Source: an uncultured Bacilli bacterium (lineage in GTDB: Bacteria > Bacillota_I > Bacilli_A > RF39 > UBA660). Taken from it: 64,000 nucleotides of DNA. The notes beneath the pieces were generated by a model, which saw nothing but the letters and a program-made list of their open reading frames with translations, did no database searches and had not been told where the DNA came from. Location of the stretch: contig CALVYK010000001.1 of NCBI GenBank assembly GCA_944372195.1, positions 47,644 through 111,643 on the forward strand. Reading direction: 5' to 3'. This document shows positions 62,878 to 64,000 of the stretch, piece by piece (within the stretch, counting starts at the first letter, position 1; each line of letters opens with the position of its first letter). The translations under genes were made by a program, and so were the position numbers.

Positions 62878-64000
62878 TGAAAAAATATGATTTATTAAAA
62901 GTTCTTGGGATAACTTTATTAATCGTTGCTTTGATAAGTTGGGTTATTCCAGCGGGTATTTATTCTAATGGATCATTTACATCAATGGAAACAATAGTTC
63001 CAATTGGATTATATGATATTGTTAGAATGCCTGCAATCACTATAGCGACTTTTATTCAATATGGTATATTGTTTTTAGCTATAGGTGGATTTTATGGTGT
63101 TTTGAATAAAACTGGAGTATATTCAAAACTAGTTGATAACATTGCTGATAAGTGGAAGAAAAAACGTGAAAAATTTATGATAATAACTGTCATTGTTTTT
63201 GCTTTATTATCTTCAGTATTAGGATTAAATAGTGTTATATTTATTTTAGTACCATTCTTTGTAGCTGTTTTGTTGAAATTAGGTTATAGTAAAATTAATG
63301 CTTTAGCTATGACAGTTGGCTCTATGTTAGTAGGCCAAATTGGTACGACACTAGGATTTGGAACATGGGGATATTTAAAAATTGTTTTTGATCAATTAGG
63401 TGATGGTCTTTCAATGTTCAGTCTAATTTTAGTTAGAATTGTTTTATTTGTAATTGCTACAGCACTTTATATTTTACTTATAAGTAAAAATACTAAAGAA
63501 GTAGTTACCGATAAAAAAGAAACTAAAAAAGCAAGTAAAGAAACACCTAAAAAAGAAATTTCAATTCCTTTATATTCTAAATTTGAAAATAAAAAAGGAA
63601 CAATGCCATTGGCTGTTATATCTATAATTATATTCGTATTCTTTGTTATTGGTGTATACAATTGGTATTACACATTTAACATCGACATATTTAGCAATAT
63701 ATATGAATCTATTACATCAGTTTCTATTGATGACTTTAAAATATTTGCTAATATATTAGGAACAACTTCTGAAATTGGTTATTGGGGAAATTATGATATT
63801 TCTACATTGTTAGTGATTTTCTCATTAGTTATTGGATGGGTTTATAGTGTCAAAATAAGAGATATTGTTGATGGCTTTATGGATGGAATGAAACAAATGT
63901 TAATTCCTGCTATTTATGGTATGTTAGCATCAATTATTTTTGCTGCATTCTTAAATTTATCAAGCAATTTTGTATTTACAATTGTTAATAATCTTGTATC
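62878..64000 (+). CDS. YfcC-family membrane transporter (3' end outside window)
   Basis: RBS GGAGG; polytopic membrane protein with YfcC-like N-terminus. Confidence 0.6.

Overview
The window is 64 kb of a very AT-rich (about 25-28% GC) low-GC Firmicute chromosome. Gene content suggests Erysipelotrichia/Clostridia, but that is inference. No rRNA, tRNA or CRISPR is visible.

Housekeeping backbone, in order:
- murF 3' end, tgt, tex.
- An OmpR-type two-component system next to a BceAB/MacB-like ABC exporter with two paralogous FtsX permeases.
- A T-box leader and aspS, then PAP2, CDF and several membrane-anchored paralogs.
- A giant type-IV-pilin-like modular protein.
- infC-rpmI-rplT.
- A division/cell-wall (dcw) cluster: murE, mraY, a second pilin-like gene, murG, murB, divIB, ftsA, ftsZ.
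- A double-glycine bacteriocin locus.
- rpsU, murD, eno, ftsK, a hybrid histidine kinase, lexA with an SOS box, a HerA-like ATPase, a TIGR01212 radical SAM gene and a YfcC-like permease (partial).

The most striking structure lies in the intergenic spaces of the ABC transporter locus (10.3-11.0 kb and 13.5-14.3 kb). A module of about 370-420 bp is repeated three times, plus one degenerate copy. Each copy has:
- A consensus sigmaA promoter driving a plus-strand leader RNA with mutually exclusive hairpin, antiterminator and terminator pairings. A compensatory base change between copies preserves the antiterminator pairing.
- A convergent minus-strand consensus promoter, a GGAGGTGAT ribosome-binding site and a 28-34 aa Cys-containing micro-ORF family. 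These end in the same bidirectional terminator.

This resembles a cis-antisense / type-I-toxin-antitoxin-like or attenuator switch wired to the permease genes. I do not recognise it as a described element.

Other points of interest:
- An extra Mur-ligase set: a MurF-like ligase with a polytopic membrane N-domain, and a second MurE translationally coupled to a secreted amidase.
- GC-rich repeat islands inside the dcw-inserted pilin-like gene.
- A 528-bp tandem-repeat adhesin sharing a C-terminal cassette with its neighbour.
- An Rpn-like nuclease gene bracketed by 65-bp direct repeats.
- A two-peptide bacteriocin with a degenerate third copy.
- A LexA-controlled divergent small-protein pair.
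- Ribosomal protein L20 with a Rho-N/SAP-like tail.
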